Assembly (NCBI RefSeq): GCF_964213995.1
Contig: NW_027590123.1
Span: forward strand, 310,001-374,000
Direction of reading: 5' to 3'
DNA from: Mustelus asterias
Taxonomy: Eukaryota
DNA length: 64,000 nt
Shown: piece after piece, positions 49,501 through 60,179 of the stretch
Position numbering within the stretch: the first letter of the stretch is position 1
Layout of the letters: every line of letters begins with the position of its first letter
Notes under the pieces: generated by a model
Databases searched by the model: none
What the model was told of the DNA's origin: nothing
The model's input: only the letters and a program-made list of their open reading frames with translations
Program-made: the position numbers and the translations under genes

Positions 49501-49811
49501 TTCACCACAGACTCAAACTTCACCACAGACTCAAACTTCACCACAGACTCAAACTTCACCACAGACTCAAACTTCACACACAGACTCAAACTTCACCACA
49601 GACTCAAACTTCACCACAGACTCAAACTTCACCACAGACTCAAACTTCACCACAGACTCAAACTTCACACACAGACTCAAACTTCACCACAGACTCAAAC
49701 TTCACACACAGACTCAAACTTCACCACAGACTCAAACTTCACACACAGACTCAAACTTCACACACAGACTCAAACTTCACCACAGACTCAAACTTCACCA
49801 CAGACTCAAAC
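49501..49811. repeat. 18/19-bp minisatellite, 17 units
   Basis: ttcaccacagactcaaac x12 interspersed with ttcacacacagactcaaac x5. Confidence 0.95.
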
Positions 49812-50162
49812 CTCCTCCTCTGGGCAACATCTGTGAGGAAAACACTTTCTTTCTCCCCCTGGGAAATACAGAGACAGAGAAATTCTCTGGAACTGGAATT
49901 AGAGCCAAATATACTGAGGGGGAAAATGTGATTTTGTGGAACCTGTTTTTATTGTCTGAGCTTTTTAAAGTGTAATTTATCTTGTCTATTCAAATACTGT
50001 TTCTTAATGCATGATTCAGTGATGTTAATTTTAGATTAATTTTTAAAATGAAACATTGTCTTTCAGTTTATTCTATTGTGATTTGTGGGAATTTGTTTAT
50101 TATAAGGTGACCATGAGGATCGTAACAATATTGCTATGTCTGGTGTTGTTATATGGTGCATA

Positions 50163-50363
50163 AGATGTGGAGATGCCGGTGTTGGACTGGGGTGGGCACA
50201 GTAAGAAGTCTCACAACACCTGGTTAAAATCCAACAGGTTTATTTGGAATCATGAGCTTTCAGCGCGCTGCTCCTTCTCACCTGATGAAGGGGCAGCGCT
50301 GTGAAAGCTTGTGATTCCTAATAAACCTGTTGGACTTTAACCTGGTGTTGTGAGACTTCTTAC
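50163..50363. mobile_element. Fold-back mini-PLE (family A) with a 13-bp TSD
   Basis: Inverted arms of about 80 bp. TSD is tatatggtgcata. Hammerhead remnant tcac CTGATGA..GAAA gctt gtga at 50278-50314. Confidence 0.88.
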
Positions 50364-51054
50364 TATATGGTGCATATTAGGTATGTTATTTATGGATTTG
50401 TATTACAGTTGATTTTGTTTAATTCCAGAATAGTATTGTAACTACTCTGTATATTTTCCAGTCAAAGAGTCAGCAGAGCACAAGATAAATCAATTCAGCA
50501 GCTTGAGTCCCAGCCAAGTCTCTGTCGGGGAATCCACTCAGTGCCATTTTCCCTCGATATCCCGGTTCCCCCATCCGTTTCATTCCTTCAAGTGCCCGAC
50601 CAATTTTATTTTGAAATCACTGGTCGTCTCCACTTCCACCACTCTCATCGTCAGTGAGTTCCAGAACATGATTGGTTGCTCCCCAAGTCAAGTTCTTCCG
50701 CACCCATCTGTATCTCTAATCATGTAATAGAGTGCTGAATATTGCATACATTTTTAGTCCACTAAATATGCAATTTTTTTATCTGCTTAGACACAAGCCT
50801 GTGTGAAGATTTCAGGAATATGTGTCCTGTACATGAAACAGTCAGCACGGATCTGTCGATTAGGATGAATCAGCACCCTCAGGACAATGTCTATTTCAGG
50901 TCCAGCAAAGTGAGAATGGAGGGAGAGTGTTTGGGATGGAGATTTACAAATTTTCAAGAATGAGAGGAAAGAATGTTCCACGGAAACTAGAATTGTCTGT
51001 TCTGAGTTTTTATCCTGGACTGGCAGCAATGATTTTTGTGAATTTCTTTCACAG

Positions 51055-52340
51055 GCTATTAGAAGGGGAGAATTTACAATCACAAATCTCAACAAATATG
51101 ACGTTAGGATCTGACAGTCACCCAATTATTCAGGATCTGAATACCATCGGCATTTGAAACTAGAATGGAAAATGTTTGTCTGTCCCTTCAAACTGTTTAA
51201 ACATCAGTGTGACTGGAAAATCACTGAGACACATCCACTCGAGTGAGAGTATTCCAGTGAACTGACTGTGGAAAGAGCTTTAACCAGTTACGCAGCCTGG
51301 AAAAGATTGAAGGATTCACAGTGAGGAGAGAGACCATGTATGTGTTAACTGTGGGGTCAAACCTTCATCTGAACCTGGAGGTGTACAAAGACACTCAGAC
51401 CATGGAAATGTAGGGACTGTGGGAAGGGATTCAATTGTCCCTCGAAGCTGGAAACCCTTCGATGCAGCCTCACTGTGGAGACACCGTTCACCTGCTCTGA
51501 GTTTGGAAGGGGATTTCGTGATTCATCCACCCTGAGAAATCACCAGCGACTTCACATCAGGGAGAGGCCATTCACCTGCTCTGAGTGTGGGAAGAAATTC
51601 AGCGATTCGTCTGCCCTGCTGACACACCAGCGGGTTCACAATGGGGAGAGACCATTCACCTGTTGTGTGTGTGGAAATGGATTCACTCAGTCATCTACAC
51701 TGCAGAACCACCAGCGATTTCACACGGGTGAGGGACTGTTCCCCTGCTCAGAGCGTGGGAAGGGATTCACTCACTCATCCCTCCCGCTGACAAACCAACG
51801 CATTCACACTGGGCCGAGGCCATTCATCTGCTCCGAGTGTGGGAAGGGATTCACTCAATTACCTGGTCTGCTGAGACACAAACGATTACACACTGGGGAA
51901 AGGCCATTCATCTGATGTGTGTGTGGGAAGTGACTCAGTCAATCATCCAGTCTGCTGGAATACTGACGCACCGACCCCAATAAGAAACCTGTTAAATGCT
52001 CTGACTGTGGGAGCTGCTTTAAAACCTTAGCCTACCTGAGGGTCGACCAGCGCATTCACACTGAGGAGACCCCGTTCAGGCACTCTCACTGTGCAAAGAG
52101 GTTTAGAACATCATCTGACCGACTGAAACATCAGGGAATTCACACTGGTGAGAGACCCTGATAATTCCCACTCACTTTCAGCGATTTCTCATAAAACCTA
52201 CCAAATTGGAAGCTTCTGCCTGAAATTTTATTTTCCCTCAGTTTCCAAACTGAGACCATTCACCTGCTCAGTGTGTGGGAAAGGATTCACTTGTTCACCC
52301 AAGCTGCTGAGGCACCGTGGCAGTCACACCCATTAGTGAC
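51055..52340 (+). pseudogene. ZNF-8 pseudogene (decayed C2H2 array)
   Basis: Family acceptor and leader, atggaaatgTAG stop in finger 1, mutated Cys/His residues, and further stops at 51913 and beyond. Confidence 0.85.
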
Positions 52341-52464
52341 CTTTTGGATGCTCTGACTGTGGCTGTTAATTATATCAATAGAGGTTAAGTTTATTCAGAT
52401 GGAGGGCACTGATTAGATAGTTATAATGAGCAGGTAAAAAGTGGGACTCACTAATATAGCTTGG

Positions 52465-52818
52465 AAATCATAGAAATCATAGAAATCATAGAAACCCTAC
52501 AGTGCAGAAGGAGGCCATTCGGCCCATCGAGTCTGCACCGACCACAATCCCACCCAGGCCCTACCCCCACATATTTACCCGCTAATCCCTCGAACCTACA
52601 CATCCCAGGACTCTAAGGGGCAATTTTTAACCTGGCCAATCAACCTAACCCGCACATCTTTGGACTGTGGGAGGAAACCGGAGCACCCGGAGAAAACCCA
52701 CGCAGACATGAGGAGAATGTGCAAACTCCACACAGACAGTGACCCGAGCCGGGAATCGAACCCAGGACCCTGGAGCTGTGAAGCAGCAGTGCTAACCACT
52801 GTGCTACCGTGCCGCCCC
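52465..52818 (-). mobile_element. Young HE1 SINE
   Basis: Reverse complement of the HE1 sequence with a (catagaaat)n tail. Confidence 0.92.
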
Positions 52819-53983
52819 AAGCTGGACTTGTGAATGTGAAGTGGACAGTGTGCTGAGTATAAAGAAACTCTTGGGGTGAGGTAAAAAAATGGAACTAGAT
52901 TTATATCATAAATCTTTATCGACTGTACTATTCAATTTGTAGTGTTGTCTTTTTAAATTTTATTTAAACATACTGTAAAGTTTGTTTTTGTTTAACAATG
53001 TGGAGTCAGAGTTGAACCTGTAATGTTTGATTCTGTGAACAAATCTAGACCAAATAAAGATTGACTCCACCCCAAGGCTGTCAGGATTATAACATGGTAA
53101 CAGAAAATGCTTGTCTAATGGTGAAGGTTGGAAACTAAAAGAAAGTATATTTCAGACAGAAGCTTCCAATCCCAGCAGCTTTTGTGAGAAATGACTGAAA
53201 GGCAGTGGGAATTGTCAGGGTCTGATTACCTGCTGATGCTCTCGGAGTCTGAACCATACAACCAGTGGAAGAATGAAGTGGCGACGTGGACACGGGTTAC
53301 ATCCCGATCAAGGAGGAAACAAGATCTGGCCTTGGCACTGTCACTTCCTAACACAAGGAAAATCAGCAACAAAGCATTTTCTGATCAGCCAAACTGCAAG
53401 TTGATACCTGCACTGGCACGGATGATTCATGTAAAGAATTCACTTCAGGTGGTTGGAGGGTAGAATCCCTGTCAATTGGTCTATGGGAGAAATCCCTAAT
53501 TCCCCTCTGTGCCGGGCGATCGCCCTCCTGCTTTAAAGGGATACAATTAGTTCCATTTTCAGTCATCAATTATCTGATTGTTCCATGAAAAGAATTGCTT
53601 GAAGCAACAAATTATTGGAGATACCAGAAGAGGGTCTCTTCATGTGTAACGATTGTACTGAAGGAGAATAAACATCTTTTTCTTTGATTTGTTTTGAAAC
53701 ACTGTGTGAATTTTTGCGATCCCGGTCAGGACTGTTAACGTTTGCAGAGAAATTCGAACACCCAGTGATTAACTGAAAGAATTACATCACAAGATTCCAC
53801 ATTGTTAAACAAAAACAAACTTTACTGTATGTTTAAATAAAATTTAAAAAGACAACACTACAAATTGAATAGTACAGTCGATAAAGATTTATGATATAAA
53901 TCTAGTTCCATTTTTTTACCTCACCCCAAGAGTTTCTTTATACTCAGCACACTGTCCACTTCACATTCACAAGTCCAGCTTGG
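52817..53983. repeat. 188-bp near-perfect inverted repeat (52817-53004 and 53796-53983)
   Basis: The arms are reverse complements with one mismatch seen. The spacer is 791 bp. Confidence 0.9.
53010..53390 (+). mobile_element. LTR end, PBS and gag start of a probable GalEa-type Ty1/Copia element
   Basis: aataaa..aaca|tggtaacagaaaatg resembles the tRNA-iMet PBS TGGTAGCAGAGGATG. The ORF reads SEPYNQWKNEVATWTRVT..KQDLALALSLP. Confidence 0.55.
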
Positions 53984-54709
53984 TAACAGCACACTGCTGG
54001 GTTCCATGTCCAGGAATCTCAGTCCACTGAAGATGGAAATTACTGCTTGCAGTCTTTTCTGAAACTTTTCTTCTTACAATAATTATAATCCAAAGTTCCT
54101 CCTGCAAAAGGAGAGTCTTCATTGCTGTTCATTTGTGAATTTTCAAGTTCTATTTTGAAAACAGTCTGTTCAGAGTTCACATTTTGAAATTTATTTTCTT
54201 TCACGTTTGCAGTTTCTCCATTGTTTAAATCCAGAGAGAAAATTCCACTCAATTCCACATTGAAATGTCTTCTTCTTGCTCAGTTGTAGCTGCAGCTTCA
54301 TTTTTAATTTCATTTCCCAGACTCAAACATTCTGGATTCTCTTTTGGAGAGAGCAAGGTCAAAATAGCTTCTGTTTGTGTCAACAACTCGTTCCTTCACT
54401 GGTCAAAATCTTCTTCTGCCATTTTAAGAATGTTGTTAAAATGCATTTTATTTTCTAGCAAAACTGTTTGATGTTCCTGTTTGGAAAATCTGGGATCTTG
54501 GGCTTCAGAAATTGAGGAATTGTAACAAAAGCAGGGAGGTTATTCTGATAGTTTCTAAAGCTCTGGTGAGGCCACAACAGAACACTGAGCCCAGCTCAGG
54601 TTACTGCTCTTTAGGAAGGTTGGGAGGCTCCAGCAGAAAGAAACTCTCCAACCCTCCCATTTCACCAACTATCAGAATGAACATGGTTGAGTCCTGGTTA
54701 TGATTAACA

Positions 54710-54813
54710 TGATGTGGAGATGCCAGCATTGGACTGGGGTAAGCACAGTGAGAAGTCTCACAACACCAGGTTAAAGTCCAAACTTTAACCTGGTGTTGTG
54801 AGACTTCTTACTG
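54710..54813. mobile_element. Minimal hairpin PLE derivative in the ZNF-9 3'UTR
   Basis: Tail plus inverted pLTR ends with a 4-nt loop. TSD is tgattaaca. Confidence 0.88.
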
Positions 54814-54854
54814 TGATTAACAGCAGCAATAACAGCACAATCCACCCCCTGCAA

Positions 54855-55949
54855 TCACTTGTGAACTCGCTGATGTGTCTTCAGGATGGATAACCGAGTG
54901 AATCCCTTCCCACATTCAGAGCAGGGGAACGGCCTCTCCCCAGTGTGGATTCGCTGGTGTGTCCGCAGGTGGGATAATCGAGTGAACCCCTTTCCACACA
55001 CAGAGCAGGTGAACGGTCTCTCCCTGGTGTGAATTTGTTGATGTGTTTGCAGATTGGATAACTGCGTGAATGCTTTCCCACACTCGGAACAGGGGAATGG
55101 CCTCTCCTTGGTGTGAACTCGCTGATGTCTCAGCAGGGTGGATGAATGAAAGAATCTCTTCCCACAGTCAGAACACGTGAATGGTTTCTCGCCTGTGTGG
55201 ATTCGCTGGTGTGTCTGCAGGATGGATAACCGAGAGAATTCCTCTCCACATTGACAGCAGGTGAATAGCTTCTCCCTACTGTGAACTCGCTGGTGAGTTT
55301 TCAAGATGGAAAACCGAGTAAATCCCTTCCCACAATTGGAGCAGGTGAATGGCCTCTCCCCGGTGTGAATTCGCTGGTGTGTCTGTAGGTGGGCTGACCG
55401 AGTGAATCCCTTCCCACATTCAGAGCAGGTGAATGGCCTCTCCCCGGTGTGAACTCGCTGGTGTGTCCGCAGGGTAGATGAATAAATGAATCTCTTCCCA
55501 CACTCAGAACAGGTGAATGGCCACTCACTAGCATGAAATCGCTGGTGCATCTGCAGTTTATATGACCGAGTGAATCCCTTCCCACACTCAGAGCAGGTGA
55601 ACGGCCTCTCCCCAGTGTGAACTCGCTGGTGTACCAGGAGGTAGGAGGACCACGAGAATCCCGTTCCACAAACAGAACAGGTGAATGGTTTGTTTCCAGT
55701 GTGAATTTTCTGGTGTTCTAACAGGTTGGATGAGCGAGAGAATCCTTTCCCACACACAGAGCAGGTGAAGGGCCTCTCTCCTGTGTGAACACGCTGGTGT
55801 GTGTGCAGGTCAGATGAATTAGTAAATCCCTTCCCACACTTGGAGCAGGTGAACGGTCTCTCCCCAGTGTGACTGCGTCGATGAATTTCCAGCCCGGATG
55901 GGGATCTGAATCCTTTCCCACAGTCCCCGCATTTCCACGGTTTCTCCGT
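54855..55949 (-). CDS. ZNF-9: 13 intact C2H2 fingers; family start ATG replaced by ACG
   Basis: The frame is open from the TGA at 55986-55988 to the stop at 54855. cgcaccACGgagaaaccgtgg (TEKPWKC) is at 55949. Confidence 0.78.
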   Translation of the reverse strand, partial: TEKPWKCGDCGKGFRSPSGLEIHRRSHTGERPFTCSKCGKGFTNSSDLHTHQRVHTGERPFTCSVCGKGFSRSSNLLEHQKIHTGNKPFTCSVCGTGFSWSSYLLVHQRVHTGERPFTCSECGKGFTRSYKLQMHQRFHASEWPFTCSECGKRFIYSSTLRTHQRVHTGERPFTCSECGKGFTRSAHLQTHQRIHTGERPFTCSNCGKGFTRFSILKTHQRVHSREKLFTCCQCGEEFSRLSILQTHQRIHTGEKPFTCSDCGKRFFHSSTLLRHQRVHTKERPFPCSECGKAFTQLSNLQTHQQIHTRERPFTCSVCGKGFTRLSHLRTHQRIHTGERPFPCSECGKGFTRLSILKTHQRVHK

Positions 55950-56879
55950 GGTGCGGGTGTCCTTGTGTTTCTCCAGGTTTGTTGATCAGCCGAGGTGTCC
56001 ACACACTCAGCACAGATATGGTCTTTCTCTCCTGTAATGTTTCTTTAGATTATCTAACTGGTCAAAGCTCTTTCCTCAGTCAGTGCACTGGAACACTCTC
56101 ATTTGCATGTGTGTTTCGTGCTTTTCCAGTCACACTGACGTTTAAAATTTTCTGAAGCAGACAGAACAGAGAAACATTCTCCTTCTCGATTCAAAGGCCA
56201 ATGATATTCAGGTCCTAACGATCGAGCGATTCTGGCCATTCTTCACCTGACATTTGGTTTGAGAATTCTCTCTGCAAATCCTCACCTTCTGATATTCTGT
56301 AAAAGGAATTTACAAAAGTTGTCTCTGTCAGTGCAGGATTAACATTCAGCACAGACATTTCTAGTTTCTGTGGTCATATAACTGGACTAAAAATATGGTA
56401 TAAATACTGCATTTCTTAATTAGAGAGAGGTGGGAAGGGGAAAGTGAGGAAGAACTTTATCTTGACAGCGAGTGGTCAAAATCTGGAATGTCTCTGAGGA
56501 TGGTTAAAGAGAAGACAAAGTTTCAAAATGATATCGGGTGGACTCGAAGGAAAATGACAAACACGGTAAGAGGATAAAGAGGACGGAATGGGACTGAGTG
56601 GATTGGAATCCAGAGAGTTGACAGGGACTCAAATTTTAAACCAGATTCCTTCTGATCTGTACTGTCACAGACTGGAAATATGTAACATAGTTACAGTACT
56701 AGATTACAAGAATGGAACTAATAAATATATTCTATAACTGAAACATGATTATTATATCTAATGTGTACAATAAAACAACACTGGACATATCTCTATTGTT
56801 ATCTCCCCATAGAGACCAGTAACCTTATGGGGAGATGGTGGCATTGTGGTTTTGTCACTGGACGAGTAATCCAAAGACC

Positions 56880-58160
56880 CAGAGTGATGTCAGACAACTC
56901 CAAAATGGACAAGGTTTCACTTCCTAAATGATTTTCCAGCAAGCTGCTCATGTGCTGTTGGAGTATTGACACCTACCTAATAATGTCAAAAATTGCGCAG
57001 GTTTGTGCCGTCCACAGAAAGCAGGACAAATCCAGCCTGGCCAAGTGCAGCCACATCAGTTCTTTTTGTTATGTATTCAATTCCCCTCACAAAACCATAA
57101 CATTGTTTTACCTTTCCTAATTTTTAAAAGTTCCTCTGTGGGATCTGGGCGTTGCTGATTAAGCCGACATTTATTGCTAATTGCCCTCAAGAAAGGAGTG
57201 GTGAGCTGCCTTCTTGAACTGCTGCAGTCCATGTGGTGCAGCTACACAGTGCTGTTAGGAAGAGAGTTACAGGATTTTGATCATCAGCAAAGTGATGGAA
57301 AGGATTCGAGACAGTGCAATCAAATGGTACTTACAAAATAATAATTTGCTCCCTGAAGCTCAGTTTGGGTTCCACCAGAGCCACTCAGCTCCTAAACTCA
57401 CTACAGCCTTGATCTAAACATGGATAAAAGAGGTCAACACGAGGAATCCTATCTAAATTGAGGTTAATGGGAATCAAGGCAAAACCTCTGCACTAGTTCA
57501 GTCACACCTCACACAAATAGAGATCAGGTTACAGTCCAACAGGTTTATTTGAAATCACGAGCTTTCATCAGGTGAAAGAAAGCACTCCGAAAGCTTGTGA
57601 TTCCAAATAAACCTGTTGGACCTGGTGTTGTGAGACTTCTTACTGTGCCCACCCCAGTCCAATGCTGGCATCTCCAGATCACAAGTATAGATGGTTGTGA
57701 TTGTTGGAGATCAATCATTTCAGGCCCAAGACATCACTTCAGGAGTTCCTCGGAGTCCTGTCCTTGGTCCAACCAACTCCAGTGACTTCTTCAATAACTT
57801 CCCTCTGCCATAAGCTCAGAAAAAGGGTGGTGGGGGGGGGGGGGGGTGAGGGATGTTCACTGGTGATTATACAAAGTTCAGCACTGTTCATGACTCCCCA
57901 GATATTGAAGCAGTCCATGTCCAAAAGCAGCAAGACCTGGATAATGTTCAGGTTTGGGCTAATAAGTGACAAGTAACCTTCACGACACACAAATGTCAGC
58001 CAATGCCATCCCCAACAAGATAGAATCTAACCATCATCTTCTTGATATTAAATGGCATTACCATCAATGAATTCCCCAACTATCAACATCCTGGGGATTA
58101 CCGTTGACCAAAAACTGAACTGGACTAGACATGTGAATACTGTACCTACAAGAGCCTGTG
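56880..58160 (+). mobile_element. Old degenerate LINE RT fragments with a nested fold-back mini-PLE (about 57525-57678)
   Basis: KQDKS.., IISKVME and QFGFHQSHSAP-like remnants, plus inverted pLTR arms. Confidence 0.55.
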
Positions 58161-58164
58161 TCTA

Positions 58165-58390
58165 CAAGAGACAATACACATCTCTCCACTCACATTGTCT
58201 GTACCTTTAAGACTTGATTACCTGAAAAGACTTGCATTCCAACCATTATTCTGTAAATTGAGTTTGTGTCTTTGTGCCCTGTTTGTGAACAGAACTCGCA
58301 CTCACCTGATGAAGGAGCAGAGCTCCGAAAGCGAGTGGCTTTTGGTACCAAATAAACCTGTTGGACTTTAACCAGGTGTGAGACTTCTTA
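58165..58390 (+). mobile_element. Solo PLE family A pLTR with mutated hammerhead
   Basis: tcac CTGATGA a ggagc-aga-gctcc GAAA gcga gtgg. acaagagc is repeated on both flanks. Confidence 0.8.
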
Positions 58391-58429
58391 AAACAAGAGC
58401 AGGTCAGAGACTGGGAATCCTCCCCAGAG

Positions 58430-59160
58430 TCCAGCCACAATGGCCGCGCCTGCGCACTGCAGTACATGGCCCATGATCAAGATGGCGCATGCGCATTGCA
58501 GAATGTTGCCCCTATAAAGATGGCGGCGCTAACCCGAGGCTTCAACCGCAGACCAAAAAAAACGACGGCTTCATTGTGGCAAATGGAAGGCCGATGGTTT
58601 TTCGTTGGCGGTTCTGGGCCTACACCTTGTATTTATTTAGCCTCCCACACTACCCACCGGCTCCAGTGTTTCCAGCTCACCTCGTTTCTGAATCTGACCC
58701 GCTGCCAGTTTCCAACCAAACTGACCCCATCCAGAATCGACACTGCGCATGCTCCAGCTCGCTGGGCCCGGGAACAGATTGACGGCAGCTCCGGACCAAT
58801 CAGAGTGAATGAGGGGCGGAGCTGGAGGACCGAGCGGGAGCGGCGGGTCCTCCAACCAATCAGACTGAATGAGGGGCGGGGCTGGAGGACCGAGCAGGAG
58901 CGGCTGGTCCTCCAACCAATCAGACTGAATGAGGGGCGGAGTTGCGGGCATGCGCAGTGCGGGTAATGGTGACAGCCGGATCCCGGGTCAATAGGAGGTG
59001 AAGAGCGGCGCGCGGTGAATGTGGCGGTTGGAGAGGCTTCGGAAACATGTTGTTCAAATCCCGGGAAAGAACATCCGGTCCCCCCCGTTTGTACCAAATG
59101 GAGCCGCAGCTGGTAGTGTTGGGCCTGAGCCGACTGCCGCCCTTCTGTAGGTGGGAATGT
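58430..59160. promoter_or_regulatory. Bidirectional CpG promoter P6 between divergent ZNF-9 and ZNF-10
   Basis: YY1 (caagatggcg, aagatggcggc), NRF1 (gcgcatgcgca), and three CCAAT and GC boxes in a 60-bp tandem repeat. Confidence 0.72.
58796..58942. repeat. 60-bp tandem repeat (about 2.5 copies) of a CCAAT, GC-box and palindrome module
   Basis: ccaatcaga starts at 58796, 58856 and 58916. Confidence 0.92.
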
Positions 59161-59304
59161 GAATTAGTGCGCATGTGTCAGGCCATTCGACCCATCGAGG
59201 CTGCTCTGCCATTCAGTGGTTCATCTGATCATTGCCTTCACTCAATGTTCCTCCAGCCCCAACCGCCCCAACCCACCACTCCCTTGTCGGTAAAAATGGT
59301 GCAT

Positions 59305-59626
59305 ACTGGGGTAAACACAGCGTAACCTGGTGTTGTTAAAACGCTTACTGTGTATACCCAATGAGAAGTTTAACAACACCAATACCAAGAACAGGAAACT
59401 TGAGAAACTCGGCATCTCCACCAGCAGCAACCAAGCCTCCACCCGTACCACAGTAGAAAACAGTACCACTGCAGGGAAGTCCATTGTCAACTTGTCCGAC
59501 TACACACTTCAACCAGATGAAATCGAAGTTCTCAGCCGAGGGCTTAATTTTTGCCCCACCACCGCTGATGTTGTTAAACTTCTTACTGTGTTTACCCCAG
59601 TCCAACGCCGGCATCTCCACATCATA
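59305..59626 (+). mobile_element. Compound mini-PLE carrying a PLE ORF N-terminal fragment between short inverted pLTR ends
   Basis: Encodes KSIVNLSDYTLQPDEIEVLSRGLNFCPT, the PLE N-terminal NLS..GLxF.P motif. tatacccaatgag is duplicated at 59353 and 59627. Confidence 0.75.
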
Positions 59627-60086
59627 TATACCCAATGAGCCAGCTTCCATTGCTCACTGAAGGAGAGAATTGCACAGGCTACTGGACCTCTGAGCGAAGC
59701 GATTTCTCCTCATCTCTGTCTTCAACCCTTCCTTTTAAACTGGCTCTGCAGTTCCACATTTCCCTCTGAGGGGAAACATCCTTTCAGCACTTATCCTGTC
59801 AGCACCCACAGAATCTTATATGCTTCAGTTACAACATTTATCTAAAATCTAATGAGTATATATACACCCTGCCCAATGTTTCCTCATTTAAAAAAAACAC
59901 TTCATGCCTGGAATCAGCTTAGTGAACCTTGTCTGAATTACTTCCAATGTAAGCGTATCCCATTTTACATAATCCTGCACCCTTTTACAGGGGGTTAAAA
60001 GGGGAGCAATCGCAAACCAAGAACAATGTTTATCTCTTATTTTCTAACCACAGTTGACACATGACTCTTGTAATCTCCTTTTACAG

Positions 60087-60179
60087 GGAGTTGGAAGATT
60101 TGAAGTCTGTGATTTCTCTGATTCCAATGCTTCTGATATCTTTCCAGCTGCAGCAGGAGGTTTTCAAATAGTTCCAGAA
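60087..60179 (+). other. Probable 5' non-coding exon of ZNF-10
   Basis: ttttacag acceptor and gtgagt donor. Homologous to 5198-5330. Confidence 0.5.

Larger units (their letters stand above)
48920..49832. promoter_or_regulatory. Bidirectional CpG promoter P5 (inverted homolog of P2) between ZNF-7 and ZNF-8
   Basis: 48928-49145 is the reverse complement of about 10555-10770. Plus-strand donor catct|gtgagg is at 49833. Confidence 0.7.

Noticed and set aside
49501-49811. CRISPR-like array or repetitive protein (ORF 49388..49975)
   Set aside because: Head-to-tail minisatellite without unique spacers in a eukaryotic context. The ORF is an artefact of a stop-free repeat.
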